The notes beneath the pieces were generated by a model. That model was not told the DNA's origin and did no database searches. It worked only from the letters and a program-made list of their open reading frames with translations. Positions 22,101 to 37,100 of a stretch of 64,000 nt of DNA are shown here, piece by piece. Each line of letters starts with the position of its first letter. Position 1 is the stretch's first letter. The DNA lies in contig CM069165.1 of the NCBI GenBank assembly GCA_035221665.1, forward strand, positions 18,662,001-18,726,000, given 5' to 3'. The DNA is from Okamejei kenojei (Eukaryota). A program made the translations under genes and the position numbers.

Positions 22101-25100
22101 TTTTAATCCCATCATGGGAAAATTAAGTGGGAATAATCAATCTTAAATGAAAGGCCAGCGCCAATAAGCACAAAACTATTGGATTGTCATAAAACCAGCT
22201 GTGGTTCATTGATATAATTTACAGTTCAAAATAGTCCTGACAAGGCATTCAAGGGGAATTGTGGAGGTAATAAATGATGGTCTTGTCAACAACACTGACC
22301 ATCGGTGAATAATAACCAAAGTAATTACAATCTACATTTGCAAAATAAGACTCTTACCTGTCCGGCCGAAGATGGACTTGCACAATTCTTGCGGTAGCAT
22401 GCCAAAATCTGAGCAGACTGGTTAATTAAGGACTCCCGTACAGTCTTTGTGGAGTTGTTCAGAACAGAGCGATAAGCTGTAAATAAGGCATTTGAACCAT
22501 TAGATAAACTGCATGAACAACATGACAGTACATCAAGAAAGGAGGGCTTCAAAGTAATATATGCCGTGCAGATCAATATCTTAACCCAATTGCTATTCTG
22601 ACAGAAACAATCTGGAAAACTTCAAGTTTCCCTCAAGGGAACATGGATGATAAGTATCATCATAATTCATTGGGGTTCACTAATCCTCCAAGCTCGAGTG
22701 TTGAGAAAACATGGGAGGAAAATTTTTATTTTTACATTTATGAAGATGATAAATAAAAGAACAAAGATTACTGGATCTAGGGATTTTTTTTTTTCCATGT
22801 TGCTAAATAATCTTTCCAATTAATTGCTGTGTAGAACTGAAATGCAAGGTTTCAGGGGGATTGTTTAAGAAAGAAAACAAATATGATGCCATCCATTTTG
22901 GCAGAAAATTAGAAAAATGTTCTCAACATTTGAAGAGTTTAGCTATTCAGAGACCAGGGTATGTTTGTACATGAATCAATAGGAAAGCAATAAGGAAACT
23001 ACATAATTAGAAAAAATTGTAGGTTGTACTTTAAAACAATCAGATCAGAACACAGTAAATATGCCGTGGTGAGAGGGACAGACAGAGACCAGATACGGAA
23101 TTGCATGTCTAGTTCAGGTCTTCCTACCCAAAGATAAAATGTATTAGAGATATTGCTGTAATAGGATTGGTAGGATGGGATTGGTTTCTGCAAAGAGTGA
23201 TTAAATAGACTTGACCTATAATCTGTGAGTTTGAGAAAAATGGTAATCAGAATGAAGATGCAAGTTCACTTTAGGGCTTGAATATTCACACATTTCCCCG
23301 GGTTAGTACTGTGGGGGTCAGTCACAAAACAAGGGATCAATCACTCAGGACCTAAATGAGAAATGTCCAGTCAGATGCTGGTGAATAGTGTAGGAGCCTA
23401 CAGATACATAGGTTAGTATGAGTGTGTATTTGTGAATTAAAGTGGCAGTCCTACAGACTGAATGCAAGTGGTCATCAAAGCAATGAACCAATCTGCATTT
23501 GGAGATCACATTATGGGAAAGAGTCTGAAGAACAGGTGTTGCGTTTCCTGTGGTTGTATAAGCAATGTCATAAGGCAGTAGCAGGTAGGGAGTGAAGAGT
23601 GGAACAAGGATCATGAAGGCATCTGGGAGAATGAAATGAACTCCTAGGGGGAGACAGGGAGGGAGGAAGATAACTGTGGGAGCCTGGACTATCTTATCAC
23701 TTGGAACAGATACAAATTGCTTTAGAAAAGGTGGAAATTAGCAGTAAAAAATGAGAGTTGAGTTCTACTTCTGAAAACTTGCTTTTTTTCCTATTTCGCA
23801 CCATTGTGAAAGATCTTGTATGTGAAACTATTTTTTTTTCTCTATCCACAGATGCTACCTGGCCTACCGATTATTTCCAACACTGGTTTTATTTCTGATT
23901 TCCAATATTTTTTAAATCTTCCTTTACTGAAGCCGAATGGTCTACTCTCATTATTATTTATTATGTTTAGCGCTGTTAACATATAGCAAGGAAAGCTTCA
24001 TCTGCTGAATTTAGCCTCAATAACTTAGTGTCCAAACACAAACACATTAGTAACAGACAAAAGGAAAGCTGCCTTCGGCACTGACAAATTAATTACAAAA
24101 TACTTTAAATTTTAAAATGATTTACTGTTACACATACAATGTATTGCATGAATGTACTGTTGGCCTTTGAGAATAATGTTTTCTCAATTCTTCCTGAAGC
24201 ACTAAGAATCCTGCCTGATAACGCACATACAACTGGAAACATCTTTACAAATAATTTCTCTGCACGAGCTTTGTTCAAGAAAACACAAACTGGCAATAAA
24301 GGTAGCAAAGCAAAACCAACTTACTAACTAGCAAGCATCAATTAGCTGGACAACAGTATTATTTTAATCTAACCAATAAATTACGTGAATCTCAAGGATT
24401 TTTCAGGATTCTCAATGAATCATTCATTTTAAAACTGCACATGAAATTAAATTTGAGGAATAGATGGGTTTTGCATGTAATGAACTTGGGGTAGCTGACA
24501 ATTATTAGAAACCAGAATCCAGCCTTGGATTTTGATGAATGTTTTCTATAGCCAACTGTGGTGTCACTTTTCTCTTTCACCACTCATCTTCTGTGGGTGT
24601 CAAATGGAGGTCGATTCCATGACACAGGGGCCTCTTTGGGTAATGTAGAGTGAGCATCACTCAGACATGCAGGTAATCAGTCAGTCTGGACAGAGTTTTA
24701 GAACCACACAATCTTATAAAACCCATCTTCTCCTCGTGCACGATGATGTGCTTTGCTTAGAGAGAATTGAGAACTGACATACCCTTGCTCTCAAAATAAA
24801 GTTACATCATTATACAAGGCAAGGTGAATAAAGTTGTACTGAAGACATCTCATTATTCAGCACATAAATACAATTTTGGAATAAAGCCAATTTAAGCAGC
24901 AGCCTTACCCAGTTTTACGAAGAAGTTAATAAGTGTGTCGGTCTCACAGTTTCTGTACAGGTCAGCAAGCTGAGTACAGCAATTAAGGGAAAGGTTGTGT
25001 ATGCGTAGCCTCCTCTGTCCACTGCAACTGGTGTAGAGCAAAGCACACTGCAGGGGAGAAAGGCGAGAAAAACATTTCCATTGATGTGCAGGGGCATGCA

Positions 25101-28100
25101 AAGTACTGTGGAATGTTACTAAAATTACTTTCTAAAAGGTGGAGCAATCACAACAGATTTAAAAGCTGTCAAAGTGCTGGAGTAACTCAGGTCAGGCAGC
25201 ATATCTCTGGAGAAAATGGTTTTCCAGAGATGCTGCTTGACTGATTTACACCACCACTTTGTGCCTTTTTTTGTAAACCAGCAGCTGTTTCCTGCGTTGT
25301 AGGATGTCACTACTCGGATGCTTTTAGTTTTGACCATGTCCATTAGCCTACTGGAATATTTAAATGGCCCCATGCACTAGAAATGCCAGCGGCAAATTAT
25401 CCACCGTTATACAATTGCAGGGCATATTTTACAAGTAGAACTCAATTGATCGAGGGTCAAGAATTCACATTAATACAAATCAGCCTCTGTCTTTAAGACT
25501 GCCCTGAGCATTAAGTGCCAAGCCAGAGTAGTCTTGAGTACAAAGATCTACACTGACATTCCTGTGAACTAATGAAATCAGATAAAACGTTAAACCAAAG
25601 TCCAACTGCTCGCTCTCTCATGGAAGGACAAGCATTGCAGAGCTCTTTTAGGGGATCAAAGTGTCTCTGAAATTCCACTCAGCAATTCCTCAATGAACCC
25701 TCAGCCCTTTGTATTATCTAGTCCTCATCAAACTGCTGTGTCGAGATTCTAACTGTTTCTCACATTAAATATGCTTTAAAAGAAATGAAGTACACCATAG
25801 TACAATGTGCTCAATTCATAGAGTGCTCTGGTCAGAGTACTTAGTCCAGATCAGATTACACAGATGCAGAGCATATATTCATGTTCTGGTGGCAATTCAC
25901 TGAGGCCCACAGTAGATATTAGAGAGCAGAGTTATAAGCAAACAATGAAAATTGTATTTTTATCCTGACAATGACTAGGATGAGGTAGTTAAATACCAAT
26001 CACTAATAATGTGGTCAGTAGAAAGCTGCAGTGCCACGATTCTGAAGATGGAATATCAATAGTAGTGGATCCAGAGAACTAGGTACAGGAAAGGATTGGC
26101 AAGCGGCATCACCAAATAAAATGATTCAAAATTCCCCCAATTTTTAAGCATTTATAAATCTTCAAAAAAGCTATAAGTTTAAAATGAATTAGTCATAGCA
26201 ATCATGCAAAATTCTCACCTGAATTTGAGCTCCACTATCTTCATTCAATTTATCATCATGCTTGAACTCCACCATGATGGTTTTATCACAGTCTAGTGCC
26301 GCCAACTCAACATCAGTTGTGTTACTCATGTAGAATGAGCCAAAGAAATCAGTTGCTCTAATCCCTGGAATCAAAGCAGTTTATTTTACTCCAGGTGAAA
26401 CACATCAAAATGAGCTTCAGTCTCCACTTATCCAACAATTAATCTTAAATGTTACATCTGCAGGTTTTATTATTTTTTTTAAACTAGTACAATCCCACAA
26501 TACGTAGTGCATCAGGAGTCAGGCATCAAACATAAATATCTCGTGCCTCAATGGGAATTCTTTACACAAGAGGGTTTCATTTTCAACGATTACAAGGCAT
26601 CCAAGTATTGCCAAAAGTCATAACACAAATTTACAATCAGGAAATAAATATTTAAGATGGTGTACATTCTTGAAATAAAGCTTCATTCTTTTTAAACAGC
26701 AGAGATTGTGTTTTGGATAATATTTCTGTAAGATACAAATCAATTTTATTATTTATCTGACACAAATGCAGAATTAAACCATATAAATAATAAAACGTGT
26801 TTCAACTATCAGCACTGCAGATTAGTTTCTGTTGATCAACATTTAATTTCAGATAATTCAACTTGCATTCAGCAACTTATGTTGCTATTTAATGCAACTA
26901 TTCATACGTATAAATTGGAAATGCATATAGGCTCAGCAACGTACATGCATGAAAGTCAGTGGCTAGGAAAGCATACTCCTTGAGAAACATTTTTATATGC
27001 AAAAGTTGAAGGTTAATCACACTAGTATGAAGCTGTTGAATTTGTAATCTGGACTATCATCTCCTCATAAGATAATTTCAAAACGTATACCAATTATAGT
27101 ATATCAATTGACAAACCAACATACCTGTACTTGTGCGCACCCTCATCACAGCATCAAATCCAATCACTTTTCTAACATCTCTGTGCAGATCATTTAGGAA
27201 TCGCTCACCATCTGCTTGTGCCTAGTTGGAGAAAAAATATTTTAAATATCTGCACATTAAGAAAATGCTAGTTGGTTTTGCTTTTCAAAGTTTAGTTTAA
27301 GTAGTTTACTCGGAATAAAACTACTTGATAATGAGCTTGCAGAAATTCAATTTTAGTCTTAAGTAGGCAAAATGGACAAATTAAAATTAAGGGTAGATAA
27401 TACATATAGTTGAATAGAACACAAACTGGGAATTAGTCAGCATGCTCAGGGTTAAATAGCCTGAGAAAGTAATGAAAGGTACAATTTATTCTAATGTTCA
27501 GATCCCAATGCATTTATTGTCCTTGCTTCATTTATTGCTTTTTTTAAAAAATAACTGACATTATTAATTCAACAATTAAAAATAAAATATTCAAAACAGG
27601 TTGTGTTTAGATTATGGATGTAAAAAACTGGATCGCCAATCCTTCAGCTGTCTCCAAGAACAAATTATTGTTTCTCCAGGAAATTGCTGCAATGAACAAA
27701 GCAGGAACAATATCAAACTGGTCAGATTTAATGATTAAACAATGATTTAATTAGTCAATATGTTAACTGACTTATGATTTGCTTTTTTTTGGTAGGCATA
27801 ATTGCAAAGAAAAATGAAGAAAATTAAAACAACAAGAAGTGGCAAAGCCAAATTAAACAATGCAACATTAAACTGCCCCTTTCTTTACTTTAGGACAAGT
27901 TGTAAACACAAGAATTGTGTCTTTTCTTCCATTGAAATGGACAAACATTTCCCGAAACGGTTTCACCGTGGGAATGTTGATCATCAGTTTAAACCCCAAA
28001 TTTTCAGCAAGCTCTTGCTGAATATCTCAGGAACAATATCAGTGAAGTCTGCTGAATAGTAAAATGACCACAGAGCACAAAAACCCCTCATCATATGGAC

Positions 28101-31100
28101 ATTATAAAAATAGTTATTTTAAGGTCATTCACAACTGAAAATCATTTTAAAAAGCATATGAAATGCCAGGGGAAAAGTAAAAATAAATACAGAGAAGCAG
28201 GGATAAATCACTTAGCTCCCATGTCTGCTTGGCAATAAGATTGGGTTTTGCTGGCGATTTAAAAAACTCTTCACTTGTTCTAATGCAAAGAGGCTCAGCA
28301 ATCATCAGTGAAGCAGATGGAATTTTGTAATGCAATCAGTCCTGGGTTACATTAACGGTTCCATTCCAGAGAATGATTTCTTCGCAAGCCAGAAGTGTTC
28401 ATTTTTTATTGCTACCCATATCGTATTGCTCTTGATGCACTTAATATTATTTCTTCATTTCATTTAATAGTCAACCTCACACTACCTAATTAAATTATTG
28501 TAATATATACCGTATCACATCTTTAATGAATACTGAAACAAAGCTCTAAAAATGTGCAAACTTGTGCAAAGTCAGATTTTGTAAGTCAGCATTACCGTTA
28601 ACATTACCTTTTTAATGCATAATTATTTAAATATTAAAAATTTAAATGATCTGGGTGTCAGGCCTTTGGATATCAATCCAGTCATTTAATTATTCCACTG
28701 CACCAAACGTTAAAAGCTAAGCCACTTCAGTGGTCATGCTCTGGAGTAACATGCAGGTCTGAAAGAAACGATTCTTCCTCTCGGTGAGTTTCATCCACAT
28801 GTATGACAATCTGGTAGCAGGGTCATATGGCAGATCACAATTATAAATTTCCCAATTGCTGCAGCAGGATTTACACTTGTGCAATACACATCAAATTGTC
28901 AACGAGGTAATAATCAAAATACTATCATTCCACACCAACATGTACTGTTACTTCACAATTTAAACTATGTGATAATCTAGTACAATGATGAGAGCATGAC
29001 AGCATATACACTGCACTGACCAAAAGAGGCAACTGGAATTCCAAACTGTTCATTAAATCTCAAGACCCATAACATTTCTCAAAAAAACTTCTATTTAACT
29101 TTTCCTGGCAATCTCTTAATACAAGATGAGAGTTATATCAATGAAAGTTCTTGTTAGTTGGAAGCTGACATGGTATGGCCTAGAAGGTCAATTAATTCCA
29201 TTCCGACAGAATGGGTGGCTAAAATGATCCAAATCCCACTGAATGCTTGTGGGTTTGCTCAGAGTTTTCGAAATACAATCAAGTTCTCTCTCTTTACAGG
29301 CAGCTCAATAATCAAGCATTGGGTACACCGACACAGTGGGAAAGCTAAATGCTTTGGCTGTTTGTGGTATTATTTAAGTATGTAAGAGCAATCCCTGGTC
29401 AAACAAATGACAGCAGAAAATTCACAAAGGGAATAAGGGTTTAAACCCTTCAATTATCCGTGGGTGCAACAACTTTGGAAAGAGCTTGCAAGGGCTTTGA
29501 AATGTAAACGACCCACAGCTGTTTCATCCAATCAGCAGTACGACAGCAGTGCGACCTGCACAAAATACGCCGAAGGAATTGAATTCCACAGGCACAATAG
29601 ACCTAGATGTTTACTAAAAATGTATATTTTTGCTCTCAAATGCTAAATTTAAAAAAAATCAAAAATTTAGGCTGCAGTTTTTTCCAAGTAATGCATCTCC
29701 AAATTAGACCTTCACGCCAGTTAGTTTTTAATAGGCGAGCGCATTACTTGTGACGTGAAGAGTGCACGTTTCTCAGAAAGGTTTGATAATTTTACATTGA
29801 TGGGGCCACTGCTATACCAAGCCTTTGAATGAGAGCTGCAAAATTTTTCTGCAACTACAGTAATCTGACAAACATTACCTGGAAGTATGTGTATTTGTAA
29901 ATGGAACCTCCCGTCTGATACGTAACCAGTCCCAAGGTTGCCACATCAACATATTGATTAGGGAATAGGAAGAGATCCACACAGCAGCCTTGTGCCACAC
30001 ACTCCTTGGCCAGATTATTGTAAAAGCTGGTCTGAGGTTGAAACAGTGTCTGCAATAAAGAAATACATACAAACAATATAAAAATTGTGTTGATGTTGAA
30101 AAGTGGAAAAAATGATAAAGTATTATATGTTTGGAGTTAACATTTCAGATCAAACAATCAAAGATAAAACGCAAACAGAAGGAGGTGGGGAGAAAACAAA
30201 AACATCTGTGAAGGAACAAGGGGTAGAAGAGATAATAGGACAAAAGACGGCAAAATAAAATGCAATCTGGGCATTTAAAAGAGATTAATAATGACCAAGG
30301 AATATGGAGTCAGTTAAGACTGCCAGAAATTCTGATTTTTCGCAATCATTTTCTCAATGTCATGGCTGTCATATGCCGAGTCAGAAAGTGAGGCACAGTT
30401 CATTAAGCTCACATTGTTTTCAAGGAGAAAGCAGAGTGGGACCAAGATTGATCAGTGTCTTACCACTCCTGTAAAAACAGGAAATTCAGTTGTTTTAATA
30501 TTTTTAGGCACCATTCGACAAAATTATCTTGAAGCCTGAAACCTTAAAAACCCAATCCTTCAGAGGCATTTGAATCTGCCTTTTCCCAGCCGAATGCTGA
30601 GTCAGCGTCCTTATTGATTCAGATACTCAAAGAACAAATGTTTTAATAAACTGTCAGAAAACAAACTGTTCCTCAAATACCACCGTCTCAGAAACAATGA
30701 ACTTCAAATAATGTAAACCCATCTTTAAAAGTATCCCACAAACCTTTTCTTTGTCAGTGTTGATTAGCTTCTTGTCATCTCTATTCTTTAGCTTTCCAGG
30801 CGCTTCAGCAAGAGGCAGGGTGGAGTGGAATATGAACAGTTTGCCAGCACATTCAGCTGCCTGCAAATACAAAATGTCATCAGCACCTTATTAATCAGTG
30901 GACTGAAGGGTCTCAGCCAAAAAGTCACCTATTCCTTCTCTCCAGAGATGCTGCATGTCCTGCTGAGTTACTCCAGCTTTTTGTGTCCAAGTGAGATATT
31001 CCACCTGATTTGCTACCAAAATGCAGACTCTGATGTGGATATAAAAGGGAGACTTACCTTGAGGGCTTCCAGGCCAGCTTGAATAACAGGTCCAAAAACT

Positions 31101-34100
31101 GTCTCAGTTTCTCTGGTATCACCAAACATTTCAGGAATCTGTTCTAATAAACTGAAAATAATAAATGGCATTATTAATTTGATTTTACTTTAAGCCGGTC
31201 AGCAAGACTGCAATTCAGTTACATTAACTGTACTATGGAAATTCAATTGTCAATACCAAGATTGAACCAAACATATCTGCTCTTTTGCATTTTGAGCTGT
31301 TAAGTCATTTAATTTTAAGGTACAACGACCTGGTTTTGATCACGCAATCCAAAAGTCACTAATGCAAACTACACTACGGCAAATTATAAAATTTAACTCT
31401 TTGCCGAGAATTCATCAAAAGCGGTCTTGAAATCCTGGCAACTGAAAATGAATTCCTATCCATGCTGCAGGACTGGAGCAGCCACAGAATGAAGGGACAG
31501 CAGCTTTAACTCAGCAACTGCAAGCCCCGACAGCTCCCAAAAGGGTGTATCTGTTTTAATTTGGCACAGCAACTGGGGAATCCTGCACACCATGGTTACT
31601 CCCCTTTCTCCCAGTCACCCACCTTTGCTCTAAAGTATCAAATTTCAGATCTGTTGACTCATAAATGTCAGCTCATGATTACAATTACCCCAATATCATA
31701 GGAACAGCCTTCGTAATTTTGCAGAGTTCATGGTGCAATGAAATTATCACTCAAAATCTTACACTAGCATATTCTGCTGTGTAATGTTTTTGTAAGTAGT
31801 TGCAAATAGTTTTCTAACATGACACCATAACATCCTCACAAGATGGGTTTCTTACCTGTTTATCACAGCCCGTGACTCATTCACATTGACCAGGAATCCA
31901 TCAAGCAAGGGCACAAACATGTCAGCTACATCGGACACCACCATCATTTGTGGCTGAGCCAACGTGCTCTTAACATTGTAAAAATGTAAAACTTTGTTAT
32001 ATGTTACAAAGCCAACCCTTATTGCAGATTCTTCTGCATTGCCCTCCCTAGAAGAGAAACAAGAAATTCAAACACTCATTTTTTTAGCATGACGTTTGAA
32101 ATTGCAAAGGCCCCTAGTGTAATGCCTTAAATGTACTCTATGCTTGAATATGGGTAACACACAGGTTATAATAATGGTCAGAAAGTGATATTATTACAGA
32201 TGAGACTTCCAAACAGGCAGAAAAAAAGTGCAACATGGTGAATAATTTAAGATTGAAAGGGACATATGATGCTGTGTCTCCGAGGGGTACACAAAACATT
32301 TAGGTGTGTTGGAAGGAACTGTTGTTGTTGGTTTAAAACAAAGATAGACACAAAATGCTGGAGTAACTCAACGGGACATTTTGGGTCGAGAAGAAGTCGG
32401 GTGGGGTCTGAAGATGGGTCTCGACCCTGAACGTCACCAATTCCTTCTCTCCAGAGATGTTGCCTGCCTCGCTGAGGTATCCAGCATTTTGTGTCTTCAA
32501 GAAACATTTAATCTGGCAGCATCTGTGGAAGCATGGACAGGGCTGGAACCCTTTGGGCCAGGAATCCTTCTTCAGTCTAAAGGAGGATTTCGACCTAAAA
32601 CATCACCTGTTCATTGCCTACTCAGATGCTGCTCTATAAGCTGAATTCCTCCTGTACCAGGTTTTGCTTAAGAATTCCAGCATCTGCAGTTCCTTGTGTC
32701 TTCATTTTTATATATTAGTTGTCTCAGTCTGCACACCACACAAGAAAAAGGGCGGAGATTTATCATCATATCAGGGAAACTGCAAAAATGAGGGTGCTCA
32801 CTTTAAAAGAATAATAAAATAATTTTCCTTTTAAAAGTGTTCAGTAGAATGGATGGTATCTTTTAGCAGGTCTTTTAGTTAGACTTTCTTGATGAAAAAC
32901 TAGAGAATCAATAGTGACAGTAATTTCTCTTTATGCAGGAACGGCAAAATGATCTTACCTTGGAAGGAAATCCAACAGAGTTTTAAGCTCCTCACATAAT
33001 AGGTGAACCAGCCCACTTTTCAGTGCATTGTAGGATACATCGATCATAAAGATGAAAGCAGGTGGATTAGGAAATTTATTATTCTGTAAAATAAATCATT
33101 TTTAAGTTACAATTGAAGAATCATATGCACATTTCAGCAAAACCCTTTGCATCTGTATAGGCAAACACTGCAGAGACTGAAGTGCTTAATGTATATTAGA
33201 GCTGCACCAATTATGATTACTGTCTGCAATAGAAAGATTAAAAATGGGGACAACCAAACCATGACAAGGTTCTGCTGAAGCTATACCCATATGGGTACGC
33301 CCTGATTTTTATCTTGACAAAACAGGAATAAATTTTAAAAACAAGCAATATCGGTCTCCTCATTCCCATAAAGCCACCCACAATGGAAGGCTTGACAATG
33401 GTAGGCATACCTTCAGAAAAGCGTTGGAAAATGGTAATAAATTGCCATGTTGCAGCTTTGGCTTTGAACCACCTTTATCCAAATACATAAATGGACATTG
33501 AAATGTGTATGAAGAAACTGAAGATGCCGGTGTAAACCAAAGATAGACACAAAATGCTGGAGTAACTCAGCGGATCAGGCAGTATCTCTGGAGATTCAGA
33601 CCGATGTCAGGGGAAGGGAGATAGATAGGTAAGGAAGTGTGAAGGTTTGAAAGCAGGGCAAAAAGAATGGAGATCAAGGAAAATGTAGAATAGATTTTTG
33701 TTAGCTGGGAGAAGGTTACAACAAATCAAACAGATAAAATGTAGTTGGAGACAGTAAGACTGGTCGGAGAACTGGGAAGGGGGGGGGGGGATGGAGAGAG
33801 GGGGAAAGCAAGGGTTTCTTGAAGTTAGAGAAGTTAATGTTCATACCGCTGCGGTGCAAGCTGCTCAAGCGAAATATGAGGTGCTGTTCTGCCAATTTGT
33901 GCTGGGCCTCATTCTGACAATGGAGACCCAGGACAGAAAGGTCAGTGTGGTGAGACACAAAATTTCTCTATCTATAGAGAAAAGGGCGAGGATTCTTCAA
34001 TTAGTCAATACCTTTTCAATGTGTGCAAGACATGCTCTGATACAATTCAAGGTGGTTCACAGAGTTCATATGTCAAAAGATAAGTTAGCTCGTTTTTATG

Positions 34101-37100
34101 CTCATATAAATCCTACTTGTGACAGATGTAACTCTGAAGTGGCCTCACTGACCCCATATGTTTTGGTCCTACCCACTTTTGGAAAAATATTGGAAAGACA
34201 TTTTTGATACTATTTCTATAGTTTTAGGTATTGATTTACAACCTCATCCTATTACTGCAATTTTTGTGCTACCAATGTTAGATTCTATTCATTTGTCCCG
34301 TTCCGCCCATCGGTTGATTGCTTTTACCACATTAATCGCCAGAAGATCTATTTTATTTAAATGGAAAGACTCCAACCCTCCGACCACACTCCATTGGTAC
34401 TCTGAAACAATATCATGTTTAAATTTAGAAAAAAATCAGGAGTGACATTGTTGAACCCTTGGTTAAATTTGATAAGACTTGGGGAAAATATAAACATAAA
34501 TTGCTCCCTCTCCAACCGTTATAAAAATTATTTTACCTCTATATGGTGGAAGAAATAAAAAGCTGGAGTAAGTCAGCAGGATAGGCAACATCTCTGGAGA
34601 GAAGGAATGGGTGACGTTTCAGGTCGAGACCCTTTGGGAATGGGAGGGGGAGTTAAAGTGCCGAGCAACCGGGAGATCAGGTAGGTTGAGAAGGACTGAG
34701 TGGTGGTGTTGTGCGAAATTATTGCCGAGCCTGCACTTGGTCTCACCGATGTACAGGAGTTAACACCTGGAACAGTGGATACCGTAGATGAGGTTGGAGG
34801 AGGTGCAAGTGAATCTCTGCCTCACATGAGAAGACTGCCTGGGTCCTTGGATGGAGTCGAGGTGAGAAGTAAAACGAAAGGTGTTGCATCTCCTGCAGTT
34901 GCAAGGAAAAGTACCTGGGGAGGGGATGGTTTGGGTGGGAAGAGACGAGTTGACCAGGGAGTTGCAGAGGGAACGGTCTCTGCGGAAAGCCACTTTCCAT
35001 CTCCACCCCTTTCTGCAGAGACCGTTGCCTCCGCAATTCCCTGGTCAACACGTCCCTTCCCACCCAAACCACCCCCTCTCCAGATACTTTCCCCTGCAAC
35101 CGCAGGAGATGCAACACCTGTTCCTTCACCTCCCCCCTCGGCTCCATCCAAGAGCTCCGACTGTCTTTTCAGGTGAGGCAGAGGTTCACTTGCACCTCCT
35201 CCAACCTCATCTACTGTATCCACTGTTCCATCGGTGAGGCCAGGCGCAGGCTCGGCGATCATCTCACTGAACACCTCCGCTCAGTCCGCATTAAGCTACC
35301 TGATCTCCCGGTTGCACAACACTTTAACTCCCCCTCCCATTCCCAATCTGACCTTTCTGTTCTGGGCCTCCTCCATTGTCAGAGTGAGGCCCAGTGCAAA
35401 TTGGAAAAGCACCTCATATTTCGCTTGGGTAGCTTACAGCCCAGCAGTATGAACATTAACTCATCTAACTTCAAATAACCGTTGCTTTGCCCAATCTCCA
35501 CATCCCCTCCCCCTTCCCAGTTCTCCCACCAGTCTTACTGTCTCCGACTGCATTCTATCTGTCCCACCTACTCCCATGACATCAGTCTGAAAAAGGGTCT
35601 CAACCCAAAACGTCACCCATTCCTTCTCTCCAGAGATGCTGCCTGTCCTTCTGAGTTACTCCAGTATTTTGTGCCTATCTTCGATTTAAACCAGCATCTG
35701 CAGTTCTTTCCTACACATTTAATTCTTTCCTGATTGGACTTGGTTTGTTACCCATCAATATTAAATGGCACATATAGCAAAAAGACGAGAAGTTACAAGT
35801 AGAAATGTAGTTACCCACATCAATTAAATTGACGTATTATTTAAAGCCATGGGGTGCAATTTGGAAAGCTTGAATTAGATCGGCCGAACACGTATTTATG
35901 CAAATCAAACCCATAAATTAAAATTTTACTCCAATGATAGGGGTTTGCAGATTAAGAAATAAGTAACATATATGGAATACCTTGCAGTAGTCTACAGTGG
36001 CTAAAAATTCATAGGAACCAAGTGACAGTTCTGGTCGATCGTAGTAGTCCATTCGCTTGCCGGTGTGATCCAAATGTTGGAAATAGTGAGGCAGTACTGA
36101 GGACGGAGAAACAGGAGTTACAATGTGCTATTGTGTATGCTAGAAAGGTAGGATGGGAACCAGGACAAGTCATTCACATTACAATAAACCTTAAAGTGCT
36201 TGTCACTAAAAATGTACAATTTCAATTTAATAGCAGAACGGCAGCATAGAGATTAATTATTTTTAAGAATGTCAAAAATGATAACAAATCAAATATCTTG
36301 CAGGACAAGTAGTTAGAGGTCCTGAACAAAGGTTGAGAAATTTATACATATACCCTCAATTGCTTCTGTATCAATGAGCAAGACATTAGGAGGGCATATA
36401 ATCTCCAACATGTTCAGATGTTAGTATTAGCATGGTGCTACACTCTGCTCTTTCATTCTATTTATTCATGGGAACATTATTGACGGAGACATAATTTGAG
36501 CAAAAAAATATAGCTCTCATTCTACGAGAGTTACCTTCTGTGACACAACTGCAAAATGCACATTGGAATCGCCGCCCTCCTTCAATAAACTGCATGTAAG
36601 GACACATGTAGGCCTTGCACCTATTGCACCGTATAGGGCCAGTCTCTCCATGATCTACAATGAAAGGGTGTGACTGCAATTTGAACAAAAATAAAAAAAA
36701 CTTCAGTACAGTTCCACAACTAAGCGCTTCAGAAAATGAAAGACATTTAAATAAAATACTTTAAAAACTGCATCAACCTGGAAATAATTTGCATTGGACT
36801 ACACAAATCCTTTTTATAGTATCATTTAAAGTAAGCATATTTATATTGCACATTTTACATTTGCGTCTTCCTTTTCTGTGCAATTGCATCCTTGCATATT
36901 TAAACAAGTCAGCCATTTTGTTGATATCAAGATCATTATTTTGGGTGACGTTGTTTAGGGATAACAGGTAACCAGTATACCACGATAATTTCCAAACTTA
37001 TCAAATTGTAGAGTCAAATTATGAACAACCATACAGGACAGAAGGAACCTCAGTTTAACAACTAATCTGCAAGACCCCACCTCTCCTGTACCAAAGTGAT

